Part shown: piece by piece, positions 1-15,880 of the stretch | Layout: each line of letters starts with the position of its first letter | How positions within the stretch are numbered: position 1 is the first letter of the stretch | Made by a program: the position numbers and the translations under genes | Notes under the pieces: generated by a model | The model's database searches: none | Seen by the model: the letters and a program-made list of their open reading frames with translations, nothing else | Told to the model about the DNA's origin: nothing | Origin: the human T2T-CHM13v2.0 reference genome, Homo sapiens | DNA length: 64,000 bases | Assembly (NCBI RefSeq): GCF_009914755.1 | Contig: NC_060926.1 | Strand: one strand, 5' to 3'

Positions 1-229
1 TGGCTCACTGCAACCTCCGACTCACTGGTTCAAGTGATTCTCCTGCCTCAGCCTCCCAAGTAGCTGGGATTACAGGCACGCACCACCATGCTCAGCTAAT
101 TTTTGTATTTTTAGTAGAGACAGGGTTTCTTCATGTTGGCCAGGGTGGTCTCTATCTCCTGTTCTCATGATCTGCCTGCCTTGGCCTCCCAAAGTGCTGG
201 GATTACAGTCGTGAACCACTGCGCCTGGT
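1..229 (-). mobile_element. Alu (partial, window edge)
   Basis: Alu consensus in antisense. Confidence 0.95.
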
Positions 230-257
230 CAGTTCTTCTTTTTTTAATAGGGGGATT

Positions 258-412
258 ATGAACAAATTATTTAGTCTCTAATATAGGCTTCATCTTTCTT
301 ATGGGGATAATAATACCTGTGTAAACTGGATTACATAAGGATTAAATAAGATAAAATATAAAGTATCAAGCGTAAAGTCAGAAAAAATATAAGTTCAATT
401 AATTTCAGTTTT
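258..412 (+). mobile_element. MIR fragment
   Basis: atggggataataatacct...aggattaaataagat MIR core. Confidence 0.55.
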
Positions 413-821
413 TTTCTTTCTTTTCCCAGATAGTTCATTTTGATAGGTTTACTCTGGCTTAGTTTTTTTTCTTTTGTTTTGTTTTGTAAATATACTTCTA
501 AGAGAACCCTCTAAATCATCCAAATGTCTTTTTAAAATTTTAATATTGTAAATCTGGTTATTATACATCAATAGTCTTTACTATCAGAAGAAAAAATAGA
601 GCCACAATAAATTTTGGCTCACGATCTGTTTATACCAATATGTTCACATGGTTAAATCACAAGAAATCATCAAATTAATATATTGTTGATGTTGCCTTTA
701 ATGTTTTACATATTCACATTTTTCATTTTCTTCTTGTGTACCCATTATCTTTGATTTTGACAACTTAAACCGGAAAGGTACAAAGATGATACGAAGCTGT
801 GGGTAAGAGAGTCATAGAGTC

Positions 822-1112
<291 letters not shown>

Positions 1113-1835
1113 AAGAGATTCATAGAGTCACACTCCGGGCAAGGATGAGAGAGCCAACCAAAAGCTGAGATGTCTCTCTCTCATACACATCCCATATACT
1201 GACTGAGGCCATAGATTGTGCTCCAGGCATGCACACACCAGAAAAGCTACAAGGATGCAAATATATAACAGGCTTACTATGCATTTTGTGCCAGAGAATG
1301 TCAGGGCAGCCAGCCAGTATATAGTTGTCTCTAAGTGACCTGTCTACAGGGTCTCATTTTGTTGGGGGTGAAATTATTTCCTTCTTTCGAAAGCCTGCAA
1401 GGAAAGCAAAGAAACTTCTGGTCTGATGGTGACTGCCAAATACTTTGTGGGTGAGAAAGAAAGCGAGATCCATGCATCCTCACCACTGGGAAGTCATTTC
1501 TGGCAGGATGCAGTTAATTTATTGCTTGAAGAAATGATCAATAAAAATGGCAGAACTTGAGCTGCTCTTGCTTGGAGGCAGGTAGTGTGTTAAAGCTCAC
1601 TGGGCAGGTCAGGCAACCGAGGCTCCATTGACTTAAGAGACTTGCTTGAGGTTATAGAATTTGTGAAGATGAGCGGTGGGGCCTGGCTCCAATGTGCTGC
1701 TCTTCCAAATGTACCATGATATATAGCAGCTTTCTCCTTAGACATGAGTCCCTGTTCTTTGAGCACATTAGGTCTGAAAAATTCCATCTTAGATTGGCAC
1801 AGAGAGGGGAAAATCAGAATGAAAAGTATTACTCT

Positions 1836-2127
1836 TTTTTTATTTTTTGAGACGGAGTCTCGCTCTGTCGCCAGGCTGGAGTGCAGTGGCGCGATCTCGG
1901 CTCCCTGCAACCTCTGACTCCCTGGTTCAAACGATTCTCCTGCCTCAGCCTCCTGAGTAGCTGGGATTACAGGCACATGCCACCACGTCCAGCTAATTTT
2001 TGTATTTTTATTAGAGACGGGGTTTCACCCTGTTGGCCAGGATGGTCTTGATCTCTTGACCTCATGATCCACCAGCCTTGGCCTCCCAGAGAGCTGGGAT
2101 TACAGGCATGAGCCACTGTGCCTGGCT
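1836..2127 (-). mobile_element. AluS (AluSc-like)
   Basis: Full dimer; TSD gaaaagtattactct / gaaaatcattactct. Confidence 0.95.
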
Positions 2128-2589
2128 GAAAATCATTACTCTTATGACATGCATTGGAGAAAAGAAGCCATTGTAGTTGATGTTATGTGTGAAGACAGCC
2201 AAATCTTCTCTGGGGCAAGGAATGCCCACTAGCCAGTTAATCCTTCTCCACTTTTCTTCAAAGAGAGGGAGGGGGAATCTAGAAACCGATTCAAGGGATT
2301 GGCACCTACTGAACCAGTTTAGCGGGAAGGGGCATTCTGCTTGCCTAAGCTGAATTCCAGTGCACGTGATTTCACTTGGGTGGTGTCTTTGCTGTCACTT
2401 CTCCCTTTACAGGCCTAACCTCAAAACATTCCCTTACCGACCCCTCTCCCCTAAGCAAAATACACAGGCAAAAGGTTTTTGTTGTTACTATACAGGCAAA
2501 TTATTATTATACAGGTGATATCACAGGCAAAATGTTTTTGTTGTTATTATACCCAGCATCATATAACGGAAGGATGGTGTGTGAATCCA

Positions 2590-2927
2590 CTCTGAGGTGA
2601 CCTCACAGATGCCCCTTCAGGACCTGGAAGGGGAATTACCCTTGGCCAAGGCCACACTCCTCTCTGGAGGCAGCCCCCATCAATGGCTGGTCCTGGAAGG
2701 AAGAAGGATAAAAGGCAGCCCCAGGCAGTTCAGAGCTCCCTGTATAATTGGCCGAGACTGCATCTACATCATAGTTCAGCGCCTCCTCTCCCTGCCTGTC
2801 TGTCCTGCCCCAGCTCCCTCACAGGTGCCTGCTTCTGAGAAGATCCTCCTAACCACTCCCGGTAGAAACCTTCCACATGCAAATGTCATCATCTTAGGGT
2901 CTGTTTCCCAGGGAATGTGACCCGCAG
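2590..2927 (+). mobile_element. ERVL LTR (LTR16-like)
   Basis: 3' end catgcaaat...cttagggtctgtttcccagggaa resembles the LTR16 terminus. Confidence 0.5.
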
Positions 2928-3043
2928 CAGAAGGTAATTTGGGTAGTGCTACATGCTACTTTGTAACAAGCTCATTTTTACTAATTACGGCATGAGTAGG
3001 TGGTGCTTGAACTCAGCAGGGACAGATAAATAGTTTTGATTCA

Positions 3044-3412
<369 letters not shown>

Positions 3413-3434
3413 CTATATCTGCAGGAATTTGATG

Positions 3435-3628
3435 GAAGTTCCTCTGCCCCCAGCCATGGCAGTGCTGGACCATAGCCCTCAGCATGGAGAGCATGGAAGG
3501 CAGGAGCAGAGCGGAGGTGGCTTCCTGTGGGCAGCTTGTGCCTGAGGGTGACTGAAGAAGGCCCGATTCTTTGTCCTAAACACATCATTGTGTACATTGC
3601 TGCACCTTCCCATGGCGGGGCTGGAGTT
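3435..3628 (-). pseudogene. Candidate decayed dynein heavy chain exon (AAA5-AAA6 linker region)
   Basis: MGRCSNVHNDV ... KLPQE ... LSMLRAM (with frameshifts) vs recalled DNAH9 MEEFSNLDRDI...KLPQEW...LCMLRAM. Position is collinear with the upstream relics. Confidence 0.4.
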
Positions 3629-3779
3629 TGGGGGAAATGAAGTGGAGAGGAGCCCAGGAGTGTTCTGCTGGGCAGCTTCCTACCTGTGGAAGATGGCATA
3701 AAGAGTGGGGGGACATTCTGTCCCTCACAGATAGCAATTCCCTTAGGAGATTGTATCTCTTTCTTGGGAATTCGGTCCT

Positions 3780-3945
3780 CAGCAAATTGATTTCACAGAT
3801 ATTATTAAGTGCCTATTCAATGACATACATTATTTTGGGGGATTCAGAAATGAACAAAACAGGCAAAATCCCTGCTCTCATGGAGGTTACAATCTAGTGG
3901 GAAACACAGAGAGTAAATGAGAAAAGCAAGTAAAATATGTTGGGG
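3780..3945 (-). mobile_element. L2 fragment
   Basis: aaaatccctgctctcatggag...atctagtggg L2 motif. Confidence 0.6.
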
Positions 3946-4540
3946 GATGGATAGCTATCAGTGATCTATTACAACCCCAAAGTGGGAAAGAGGAAATGAG
4001 GAATTATGAGGAATGGCATCAAAAAGGGACACAATAAAAGCCTCCATCTGTTTGGGTAGAATAGGGAATAGGGAGTTAATATTTGCCACTCAAACTGTGC
4101 TTCAATTTCAGTTGTCCTTTCTGCTGACACTTGTAACACACTTCTCTCTCCCAGCTCCCCTACATCCAAATCCTGCAAGACCCTTATTGCTTTTGTGAAC
4201 TTGAGCTCTCTCTGCAACCCTCTAGCCCATCCTCTGTAGGCTCAGTCACAGTTAATGACCTTGACTGTAGCCTTGAAGATACGGACATTCCAGGTGCTCT
4301 GCCCTGGCAGGAGTTCAGCATTCCTTTCTGTCCACAGTTTTGCTCTTTGGCCTACTTCAGTGCTGATCCAGCTGGCTGTGACTCCCCACCAGATGTGAAG
4401 GGACTTGCACCACCTGAATCTGGTTAGAAGCTGGCTCACATAGCCAGGCTTGTAGTTTCAGCTTTGCTACTGTCATGTGAACCCTGGGCCAGAAGATTCT
4501 GTTGACACCTGGAAACTAGGAATGGTTTGGCGGTGTCCTG

Positions 4541-5110
4541 ATATGGTGGATATTTATTGTTTTGTGTTTCTGGTACTCCTACTACTTTCTGGGAATAACA
4601 CTCCCTTTATTTGGGGGAGCTGTTCTTGCTACCCAATGTGAACCAAATGAGTAATTTGTATTTTACATGACCCCACTTGTCTGTACAAAGTGTTTGATCC
4701 AAAGGTAGGCCCCTGGCCAAGCTGAGCTAATCATGGGAGCCCCTGTTCTGGCCACAGTGACATGTGTCTAATGCATGACTCAGAACACACCAATCACTCC
4801 CCTGGGATTTCAACAACTAAACCTGCGGGGAGAAAACGTTTTTCCCTTGAGGAAAAGCTGGCAGATATAAGCCAGTAGCTGTAGCAGCCATGTCTGACTT
4901 CTGTGAGAAAACCAAGCCGTGGTTAGGGGAGAAGAAAGCCGATCCACAGAGAGAGGCAGAGACAAGAGAGTCGGAGAGAGTCTGAGTCCCCGGCTCCAGG
5001 TGTCTCAGTCACGCTCCTGCTCTTCAGGGACTTAGGTCAGTACATTCCAATTTTTTCCTTACCTAGGTCAAGTAGGTCAGGTCAGATTCCAGTCATGACT
5101 ATTAAACATT
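4541..5110 (+). mobile_element. Old ERVL LTR (LTR33-like)
   Basis: Start tatggtggatatt...ttctgggaataacactccc and the LTR33-like 3' end. Confidence 0.45.
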
Positions 5111-5207
5111 GAGTCATGGCAACTATATTTGGGAAGACCCAGAGGGTTCAAGTGAGCATCCCCATGTCTTCTACCTGCCCATCTTTGGAAGATTACTTCT
5201 TCCATGA

Positions 5208-5517
<310 letters not shown>

Positions 5518-5900
5518 CCTCCTCCTTCCTTCCTTCGTTCCCACATAGCGCTTCGGTTCTGCTTCTCTCATGGTACTAGTAATCCTTAGTGTACTTGCTG
5601 GTTTAACCATTTGTCCCCACCAAGAAGGTAGAAATTGGTTCTTATTCTTATTCGTATTCTCTAAGTTGGGCATGGAGATGCTTAGTATGTGTTTGTTGGA
5701 TGAAAGGATAAACAGATAGATGGATGGATAAGTATCATTACCATTAAGTGGGTGCCTCTGTGTGTCAATCCTTTAATAAAGATGTCAAAAGCCCAGAGAC
5801 TCTCTGGGGACTGAATTAATTCTGGGGCTTTGGAGGGGTTCTGAAAAGGCCTGGGGAATGTGAATTCCCCTGGAACTACTCTGGAGTTGCCACAGGGTGA

Positions 5901-6293
<393 letters not shown>

Positions 6294-6604
6294 GAGTAGT
6301 GTTTCTTCTGAGGCTTAGGATGCCAGCTTGGGGAACTCCAAACTTGGGCATTATGTGGTGGCAAAGCACCTCAATCCACAGAGACACCCAACATTGCCAT
6401 GGCAAGTTAGACATAGCAGGGAAGACTGGGCTTTCCCTGATTTGCTCTTGAGTTCTCACTTTTCCCTCCAAACCTCCCAGAAGGGACTGGGGCTCCATTC
6501 CCTGGGGTCATTCGTAGCCACACTGCCTCTCCTTAGCCATTTTCTCTTAGCACAGTCATTCTTACTGGTATAAGTGTTTCCCCAAACTGCTTCCTTGATC
6601 TTAA

Positions 6605-6626
6605 TCTCTCTGTCTCTCTGTCTCTG

Positions 6627-6661
<35 letters not shown>

Positions 6662-6684
6662 GTCACACACACACACACACACAC
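6605..6684. repeat. Compound (TC/TCTG)n-(CA)n microsatellite
   Basis: Directly visible. Confidence 0.9.
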
Positions 6685-7477
6685 CATTTATGGCATTAGC
6701 TACTTTCTACCTGGCATTTTAGTCATTCTTTTCCATGGAGACTATGTGTTTTTTGAGGACAACTACTGTATTTTCTTCATCTTTGCAGCCCCTAGGGTGC
6801 TCAGCACAGTGCCCGAAAGAAACGGAGTTACATGTTTTTGAATAAACTCTCTGTTCTCACATTTAGGTTTCTCTAATTGCTTTAATTCAGGTTATCTACA
6901 TAGGTTTCTACATAGGGATTCTCTTAAGAATATATTGTGAACAGCTCTCTTTTGCTGATATGGACGTTTCTCCAAATTTATTTTTCATGCTGACAGATTG
7001 TTTTCTGGTCTGAATGTACTGCCATTTATTTTCCCAATTCCCTAGTGCTGGAGCTTCTGGGTGCATCCAACATTTATAATTATTAACTGTGCTGCTGCGA
7101 GCCACCTTGCTAGACCTTTGTGTAATCCATCTTTGCTTTCTTAGGATAAATTCTTAGAATGGAATCTACATTTTAAAATCTTTTGACATGTCCTGACAAA
7201 CACCGTTCCCCATAGCCTTCAATGTGGGCAGCTTTTATAGCTTTCCTCATAGCCATTATTCCATCAATAGGTAACATTGACAGACTTCAGCGAATGGAAT
7301 CCTCCAGCCCTTTACCCTGATCCTTTCTCCGAGTTACATATTTTGTGGTTTCAAGACCATCTTGAAATCATTGAGAAACAAAGACACAGGAAAAGTTTTT
7401 TAAAGCGAGGAAAAGTAGAAAAACCTTTAGAGGTCTTCACAGGGATAGCATAGAAACCATGTAGTTGATATTTTGTC

Positions 7478-8200
7478 TTTTTATTTATTTTATTTATTTT
7501 TTAAAAGTGCTTCCTTTTTAATGAAATAAATTCAAAAGATGTACAGTCAGGCTCAAGTAGTGCAGTTCACAAGCATGGGAGAAACAAACAAAACAACGAA
7601 GTTCAGGATGGTCAGAGCAGAGTTAACCCAGGATGAGGCTGCACTTGCCACCAGGGGGATTTCCTATGGATGGTCCTGGGGCCAGGGCCACGGGGCTCAG
7701 CACAGGTGCAGCAGGTGCAGGCTTCTCTTCCCTCGGCCCCAGGCTGCCTTGCAAGTCTGTGTCCACATTTTCATGAATGTCACCTTCTCCCTTCAGATCT
7801 AAGAATCTGCAGAGTTTGCTTCAGAAGCGTTCCTTCCCTGCAGTCCGGATGACTCCAAGTCTTCTCCGCCACCTCTAGACTTGGCACCTGCCAATGTGGC
7901 CCAAGAAGGTGGATTTTCTTCAGGTGTCCCAAAGATACTAGAGGACATTTTGTTCTTTCTCACAGGTTGTTCTGTTGGTTCATCAAAACCCAATGAAAAA
8001 TTGGATCCACCACCCAGCAGCCGCAAAACCCGGGAGCTATTCCTGCTGTTGGGGTTAACACCCTTGAAGGTAGTGGTGGTGGTCATGGCGCAGAGGAGCA
8101 AGTTAGGCTGGCGTGGAAGCAGAATGCTGACAAGGTCGGACCGAGGGGCACAGGGAGGCTCCATACCCCACAGACTGGCCCCCGCTGGGGGAGTCTCCTG
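7478..8200 (-). pseudogene. JPT1P1: Processed pseudogene of JPT1 (HN1, Jupiter microtubule-associated homolog 1)
   Basis: Intronless [47 protein letters not shown] from ATG 8086. CDS-equivalent 8086-7623 is 464 nt versus 465 for the 154-aa parent: a 1-nt deletion near 7805 gives a stop at 7799-7801. 5'UTR, 3'UTR with ATTAAA and a poly(A) remnant (7478-7502) are present. The pseudogene symbol is from recollection, not verified. Confidence 0.95.
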
Positions 8201-9402
8201 CCCACGTTAGCTTTTCAAATGCTATTTGGAATATGTTTATTATGTCTCTTTAAATGTTATTTCGAAATGATACTTATTACTACCTAAGATGTAAATAACT
8301 CATCCTAGGTCAAAAACGGCATGGTTAGTGGGCTTCAAACATAATCTCTTCTGTACGGCTTTTTAAATATGGGACACCATGGCTATTCAGTTAGGTCCCT
8401 TGCTGGTGAGTCAGGCAGCCAATACCATCAGAAGCTGACCACATACGTGCCCCCCATGGAAGCTTCTGTAGCACAACCATGTGAGGCAAGCCTTGGACAC
8501 GACGTCCCTGTGCCCAGTTGACTCACAGCTCCACTTATCTCTGCATGAGATCAAAATACAAATGCCAAAATTTCACTTCCCCAATTTTCTATTTTTGCTA
8601 ATTGCCTCCACCTTGTTCTTTTTCTTTATATCCTATGCATGTTTGACATTTTAAAAAGGTGTTTTTAGCTCTGAATTTAAGCAAACTGGCCCACAGATCT
8701 CCCCAGTGAGTAGCAGACTCTGAGTTAATATTCACGGTGTCCTAAATGTTAACACTGCTTGGTTTTGCCTTGTTGCCTTTGCCTTGGCCCCAGCTAGTTT
8801 TAAATTGTGTTTACACAATTTTACAGAGTTACTTGCGTTTTTTCTTTAATGAGTCATGATATCTAGTATCAAGTTCAGTTTGGTCGGCTGTTTCACTACT
8901 ATTCTGTACATAAGACAGTTAAATTATAATGTTAATTTAAAAGACAGAGAATCTATAGTAGGTATATATTTGAACAGGAGAACACTTTTCTGCCAGACCT
9001 GAGGACCTTCTGGGCTTTATCTTCTAGAATATCTTCTTTTGTAAAGAAGAGAAAATAAATCTCTGGAACTACTGGGGAACATCTTTCATTCTGGTTTTTT
9101 AAAATGTTTGCTTCTTTAATCCCCTGTGATTGAGAAGGCATAGAGGACTGCCAACTGAAGTGGAGGGGACCAATCACAAGGTGTACAGCATGCTTACTTC
9201 AAAACGGCTCTGAGAAACAAGGCAACGATTCCTTATCAACACTGACATAATAAAGGCAGTTGGCTCCAAGTATACGTGGGAGTAAAGGACTGTCCTTTAT
9301 ATGTTGATCACTACTATTTGTATTGTCATTCTTGGCTGTGAAGACTATTAATAGACATTTCTGTCAAGATGATATTTTCTTAGAGCCTTTTCTATTTTCT
9401 TA

Positions 9403-9729
<327 letters not shown>

Positions 9730-12701
9730 AGAAAAATAGATGAGCAATGTTGGTATATCCCAAATGTTCCCAATTCATCACTCTGGTGTTCATATCACAC
9801 TCATCTGAGACCCCATGTTGTCTGTCCAGCCTTGTAATTTCCACATCTGTCTCCTGCTTGTTTATTGCCTGATCCAGTTGTCCAGTCCTGGACCACAACC
9901 CTGCTCTTCCCCCTGTCGCAGCTGGTGTCCGGCTCTGTCCCTCTTTGTCCTGCTTCCTCCTGAATGTGGTGGACACAGACACTTCCCACAGTCCCCCTGT
10001 GGAAGTTGATAACAGGCTGTAATTTTTGAGGGTTTGGGAGTAGCAGAAGTGAATTAAACCCCAGGGACCAGAACTGCAGGCAGGACTGCTCTCAGCATCT
10101 GGCTCTCCATCATCACAGGGATACCCACCTGAGTACCATTCTTTCTAGACTGTCAGCAGCCATTCTTCCCCTTACACGTAGCACGGTTATGTTTCCCGCC
10201 CTGGGGTCCAGAGCCCATCTCTTACAGATCAGGAGAAATGAAAAGATTCTTCAACCAGATTTGCCTCCTCATTCCCTGCATAAGAATTGCTCTCTTCCCA
10301 AGATTATGGTTACTTGAGTTACATTTATTTCTTTTAGCAGAGCCCCATCCCTGGAACCTTCCTCTTTGTCATCTAAAAGATGCTAGAATTCAATGGTTTG
10401 ATGTCATATATTTCCCAAAGTTTGGGTTAGTTGCTCAGGTTGGAATTTTTTGTCAAAGGGTCAAGGTTGGGATTCGGCAATCCTAGTCTTCCAGTGTGAG
10501 GGCACTTCCAGAGAGGACAACAGGGCCTGTCTGGAGTCTGTGTTGTCTAAACCCAGATTTAGTAAGGGAACATTTTTCCTAAGGAAAACCTAATTTGCAG
10601 AAGCATAGGTCCCATTAAAAGCCTTACCCAACTGACATTGCTGAAAAAGACACTTAACTTCCCAGTTAGAATTATTTGCATTCTGGTCTTTCCCAGAAAG
10701 AGGAGAACATGCTATACATTTGCACATCTCTGAGTGATGGGTCTGGAAGTGGGTACCGGCAGGGCTAGACAAGAGGCTTATCTCCCACTACACTATAGCA
10801 ATGATTTCCCAAATGCAAGCCAAAAAAGGTTCTGTGACTCAAATTAATATGAAAACTACTGAGATAACAAGATGTTTTTCAACTCAAATAGGCCTAAAGG
10901 ACTTTATTTTGCTCTGTACATTATATGTCTCTGAGAAGGGGATGATATTATGAGTTTCTTAAACTTTCTGACCATTTAACTCTCTCTCTCCTCCACAGAG
11001 AATTACTCTTCTAAAATTCTAGTCAAGATTGGATGGATAAAGACCCATTTGCCTTCCTTGGTTAAGGACACTTAGTTTACAACCCAAAGATAAAAATAAT
11101 TACCATGACTATACTTAGAATTATATTTCTAGCCTGCCCAAGGGGATAGAGAGAAATCCCAGAAATCCTGTGACCTGGCAGCATTTGCAGCCTGAAACAA
11201 TCTGTTCTATTCCAGATGGTTTTGCCCTGTGAGCCCATGCAGCATGGCCTACTGCAGCCTCTATGGTCTCTGCTTTCCTTCCTTGTTCTTTCGCTCGCTC
11301 CATTCTTTCTCAACTTGAGAGGTTCAGGCAAGATCCCTTAATTTCTGTACATGTCCGTTAGGGAGTTTTCCCCTCTCTTTCCTATTACTTCAGATGCTGA
11401 GAGCAGTCCTGCCTGCAGTTCCAGTCCCTGGGGTTTAATCCACTTCTGCTGCTTCCAAACACTCAAAAGTTACAGCCTGTTCTCAACTTCCACAAGGGGA
11501 ATGTGGGAAGTGTTCTGCATTTACTGCATTAAAAAATAGGTTCTCCATAAGCTTTTTGAGGGACAACTCTGTCACTATTCAGACTTGAGAAGATTTCAGT
11601 TTTTTTTGGTGAGGCAATAGTGTGACGTCTGGTTTCTGGGAATAATTACACAGAGTAATATATTAGTAGTCAATGATTCATTTATGCAAAATATAAAAAT
11701 ACAGACATTGTCATGTTACAAATGTTAATATTTAATACCTCCTTCAGTATTTCTGCAATCATCCATCATTCTTAGTTGATGAATCTTCTATTTTTTCCAT
11801 AAACTTTCTTTCTTGGTGAAAGGTACTTGTTTTGCCGTATAGCTCAAGTTAATTCTATATCAAGAAGGCATATGCTACCCAAAGTGCTGTTTCTAACTGC
11901 AGATGCCTTTCTTTAACCTTTTGGAGATCTGTAGAATGACTTATCTTCAAGAAATGTGAATGCAGAAGTAATGCAAGAGAACCTATCTATGTTAACTGAA
12001 AAGTTAGGGTGTAGAGTCCCAGTTTACTCTAATACATGTGCTCTCAAAATGTACACACATGCATACACAAGTGTTTTATTTTAAGATGTGGGAAAACAAG
12101 ACACCTACCAGAAAAGCTGAATGAGATATATTCATCTTAGGAGGCTACAATGGACAAGACCGAGAGTCAAATGGATAACTCATCAATCAGATTATTGACC
12201 TTCTCTGTCACGATGTTGATGAGTTCCATCTACAGCCTTGTTTGGGTTGGGATTAAAGATGAAGAACTGTTGTGGGGAAGAAAGAGACAGAAAGGTTGTA
12301 GGACAGTCAGTGAATAGATTTCCCCTAGAGTAAACTCATTGTTCACACAAACATTTTGATCTACTATTATATGGTCAACTTGAAGAAGAATTAATGTTTT
12401 TTGTCTTGAATGTACAAAACTAATCTGTAAAGAAAGAGAACAACAAAGACTTTATTGTAGTTACTTGTCATTTCCTTAGTGGTTTTATTTCTAAAACTTG
12501 CCAGTGACAGAGACCTAGTCAGAACAAAGGAGTTTAGACTCCATTGCCAGAAGGAAACAGGAGGTGGTGGAAGATTAGAGGGTGGGAATTTCCCAGTTGC
12601 TGAAAAGAGAGAACGCAACACACTTCAGATTTCTCAGTATTGGTAGTAGTTATTTTGTATGTGTGTGCTCCTGGAGCACCTTATCAAAATCTCCAATATA
12701 A

Positions 12702-13049
<348 letters not shown>

Positions 13050-13239
13050 TCAGATACATTTATGAACAATCAGGTCACACCAAAAGACTTAATGCAGAAA
13101 TTTATAGGCCTAGAAAATCTCAAGTTTTCTTCCCTATGGGACTGTGAACTCTTATAATACTATGAAGACATACCATAGGAGAGGTGTGGCTGAACACAGT
13201 AGGTGGTAAAGAGGCAATAATGAAAAGAATATGACCTCT

Positions 13240-13800
13240 GTATTGGTTTCTAAATCAATAGGGGTGATTTAAAATGGTGATTTAAATCCACAGGTGTTTG
13301 CTTTTCTTATATAAGAAGAAGTCTGGAGATAGACAGAGTCTGGATGTTGCTTCAGCAGCCCCATATATATCTAGGAGTCTCAGCCTTTCCTTCTTGGTGG
13401 CAAGATGGCTCCTGCAGCACCAGCCATCACATCCACATTCAAGGTAGTGCCAGGGCTTTACCTACAGTTGTCCCTGATACTTATTCATTCATTTTTTCTT
13501 TCATCAAATATTTTCTGAACACCTGCTATGTGCCAGATAATAAACTAGGCACTGCGAATAGAAAGATGCTCCAGCCAAGATGTAGAAAAGGGGACATCAT
13601 ATGTTTTTGTTCTTATGAGGAAAGCAAAAGCCTTCTTTGGAACCTTCTACAGGCTTCCTTTATGTTTCATAGACAAGAAATTCATACCTGCCTCCTTGTA
13701 ATTCAATCACGGGTAAAAGGTAATTGGAAGATTGAAGCCTTAGAACAATCATAACTCATTTTCTGAGGCTGGGGGAGGGGCTACCCTTCCCTAAACCATA
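13240..13800 (-). mobile_element. MLT1 (MaLR LTR) interrupted by an L2 3' fragment (~13480-13565)
   Basis: caagatggctcctgcagcaccagccatcacatccacattc MLT1J/K-like motif; tcattcatt...tgtgccaga L2 end. Confidence 0.5.
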
Positions 13801-13847
13801 TGACAGTCATAATCCTGGACTTTACACGCAATTGCTACCCCTACTGC

Positions 13848-14200
13848 TCATTCATTCATCTATTCAACAAATGTTATTGAACACCTGCTGTCTGCCAGGT
13901 ACAAGTTAGGCACTGAGAATACTAAGATGCATATGACCAGGAGTTCCCAGACTGCTGGAGAATGAAAGCAATGAAAACAAATCATTGTAAAGCAATGTGA
14001 TAAGATGTAGTAAGGTGATATTGGGAGTGGAGAAAAGCCCACAAGTACTTATGAATTTCTCAACCAGAGAATATGGGGTAGATTGAGATAAATGACGCCT
14101 GCATAGAAGAGAGGGTATTACAGCAGGCCCTTGAGGAGAAACGGGATTTCACAGAGCACAGATGGGTTGAAGGTAGAAGGGAGGCAGTGAGGGACTCAGG
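13848..14200 (-). mobile_element. L2 3' end
   Basis: tcattcattcatctattcaacaaatgttattgaacacctgc. Confidence 0.65.
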
Positions 14201-15548
14201 AGGCTCTGATCTAGTTGCAATTTATCATAGGGTGCTGGGAGTATTTATTTCCCCATGGAATTCAGTGATTTCCTCTTGTCTGTATGTTGACTTCCCATGC
14301 CACTGATTCAAGGGCTGTGAAGCAGAGTAGTGGGTACAGGGGAAGGCTGATTCTACTTTGGAGACTTCTCTCTGGGCAAAAATGTCTTCCATTAAAATTA
14401 TAATCTCTTTATCCTTTCCCTAATCCTGCCAAACTAAGAGATAGGAGAGTTAACGTTGTCCGTCTGGTCCAGAAAGATCTAACCTTTCAAAGCATCAGAG
14501 GGGAAGGGGCACGATTCCCCTCATTGTTCATGCTACGTTTCTAACATGTCACCCTCACTTTAGCAACTTTAATGGCATGACAAGGCATACAGGAGCGCCG
14601 TCTGGTCATGCAAAGAGCTTTCCAGCTGCAAGCTCCATTTTTCCCAAAAAAGGGAAAGCCTGAAGTTCCCCAATACATTCATGAGGGGGCTTCAGAGGAG
14701 GAGGGGCCCAGGGTCTGTCTGCATTTTAGAGAAGTCCAAACATGCCAGACAAGGAAGACATCCATGGTCCCCCAGCTGCTAATCCACAAAAGGCCGGGTT
14801 GGTCTTCTTTATAAACCTAATCCTCCCGTCCACAGTGATTAGGTGTCTGAGGACACTCTGCATCAGAAGCACCGGGTTCTTTCTGAATCAGTCGATGAGC
14901 CAATACCCAGCAATCCCTTTAGAAAGCAGGGGGTTATGACATCTGACCTTAGAGAAACCAGATGACATAATCCAACCCTATACAACTCTATTTTGGGTCT
15001 CACTAATCACAATCCCCTATTGAGGGAGAGGGGTCTACTATCTTAGGATGTGTCTAGGGAGATAGGAAGAGATGACCTCTGGAAGCTTTATTTTGACTTA
15101 AAAATATTGTAGCTTAAAAAATATTCTTGATCCCTTTAAAAAGTAAATTAAATGTGGTTTGGGGAGGTGTGTCTTGAATTGGATTAAATATTGGATGTTG
15201 TAGCCCGCCAGGATAATGCTGAAACTAAGGCCACACATGCTCTGTCTGAGCTAAAAGAAGGGATGCCAAGTGCACCAGTAATGTCCTCAGCAGCAGAGGT
15301 TCCAGATGCCTGGCAACCTGCTGGGCAGAGAATTCAGAGGCACCAGCTCTTCCCACTATTACATGAATTACATCTGCAAACTGAATACATGAAGATGAAC
15401 AAAATCCTGTATCATTCTAAGTTCTACAGATTTATTTGTCCAAAATTTAAATAGGAAAATGGAAAATAATAATGAATGAATATTTCTAGAAATCCAGATT
15501 GATAAATTACAGACAATGAAGAACATTTTCTACTAGAATAGTCTTTTT

Positions 15549-15880
15549 GGCTGGGCATGGTGGCTCATGCCTGTAATCCCAGTGCTTTGGAAGGCTGAGG
15601 TGGGAGGATCCCTAAGGGGAGACCATCACTTGAGCCCAGGAGTTTGAGATCAGCCTGGGCAACATAGTGAGACTTTGTCTCTGCAAATAATTTAAAAAAT
15701 TAGCTGGTGGTGGTGGTGCATGCCTGTGGTCCCAGCTACTCAGGAGGCTGAGGCAGGAGGAGCACCTGAGCCCAGGAGGTTGAGGCTGCAGTGAGCCGAG
15801 ATAATGCACTCCAGCCTGGGTGATGAAGCAAGACCCTGTCTCAAAACAGCAACAGCAGCAGCAACAACAACAACAACACA
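15549..15880 (+). mobile_element. AluJ with a small internal insertion and (CAG/CAA) tail
   Basis: Full dimer; extra cctaaggggagacc in the left arm. Confidence 0.93.
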
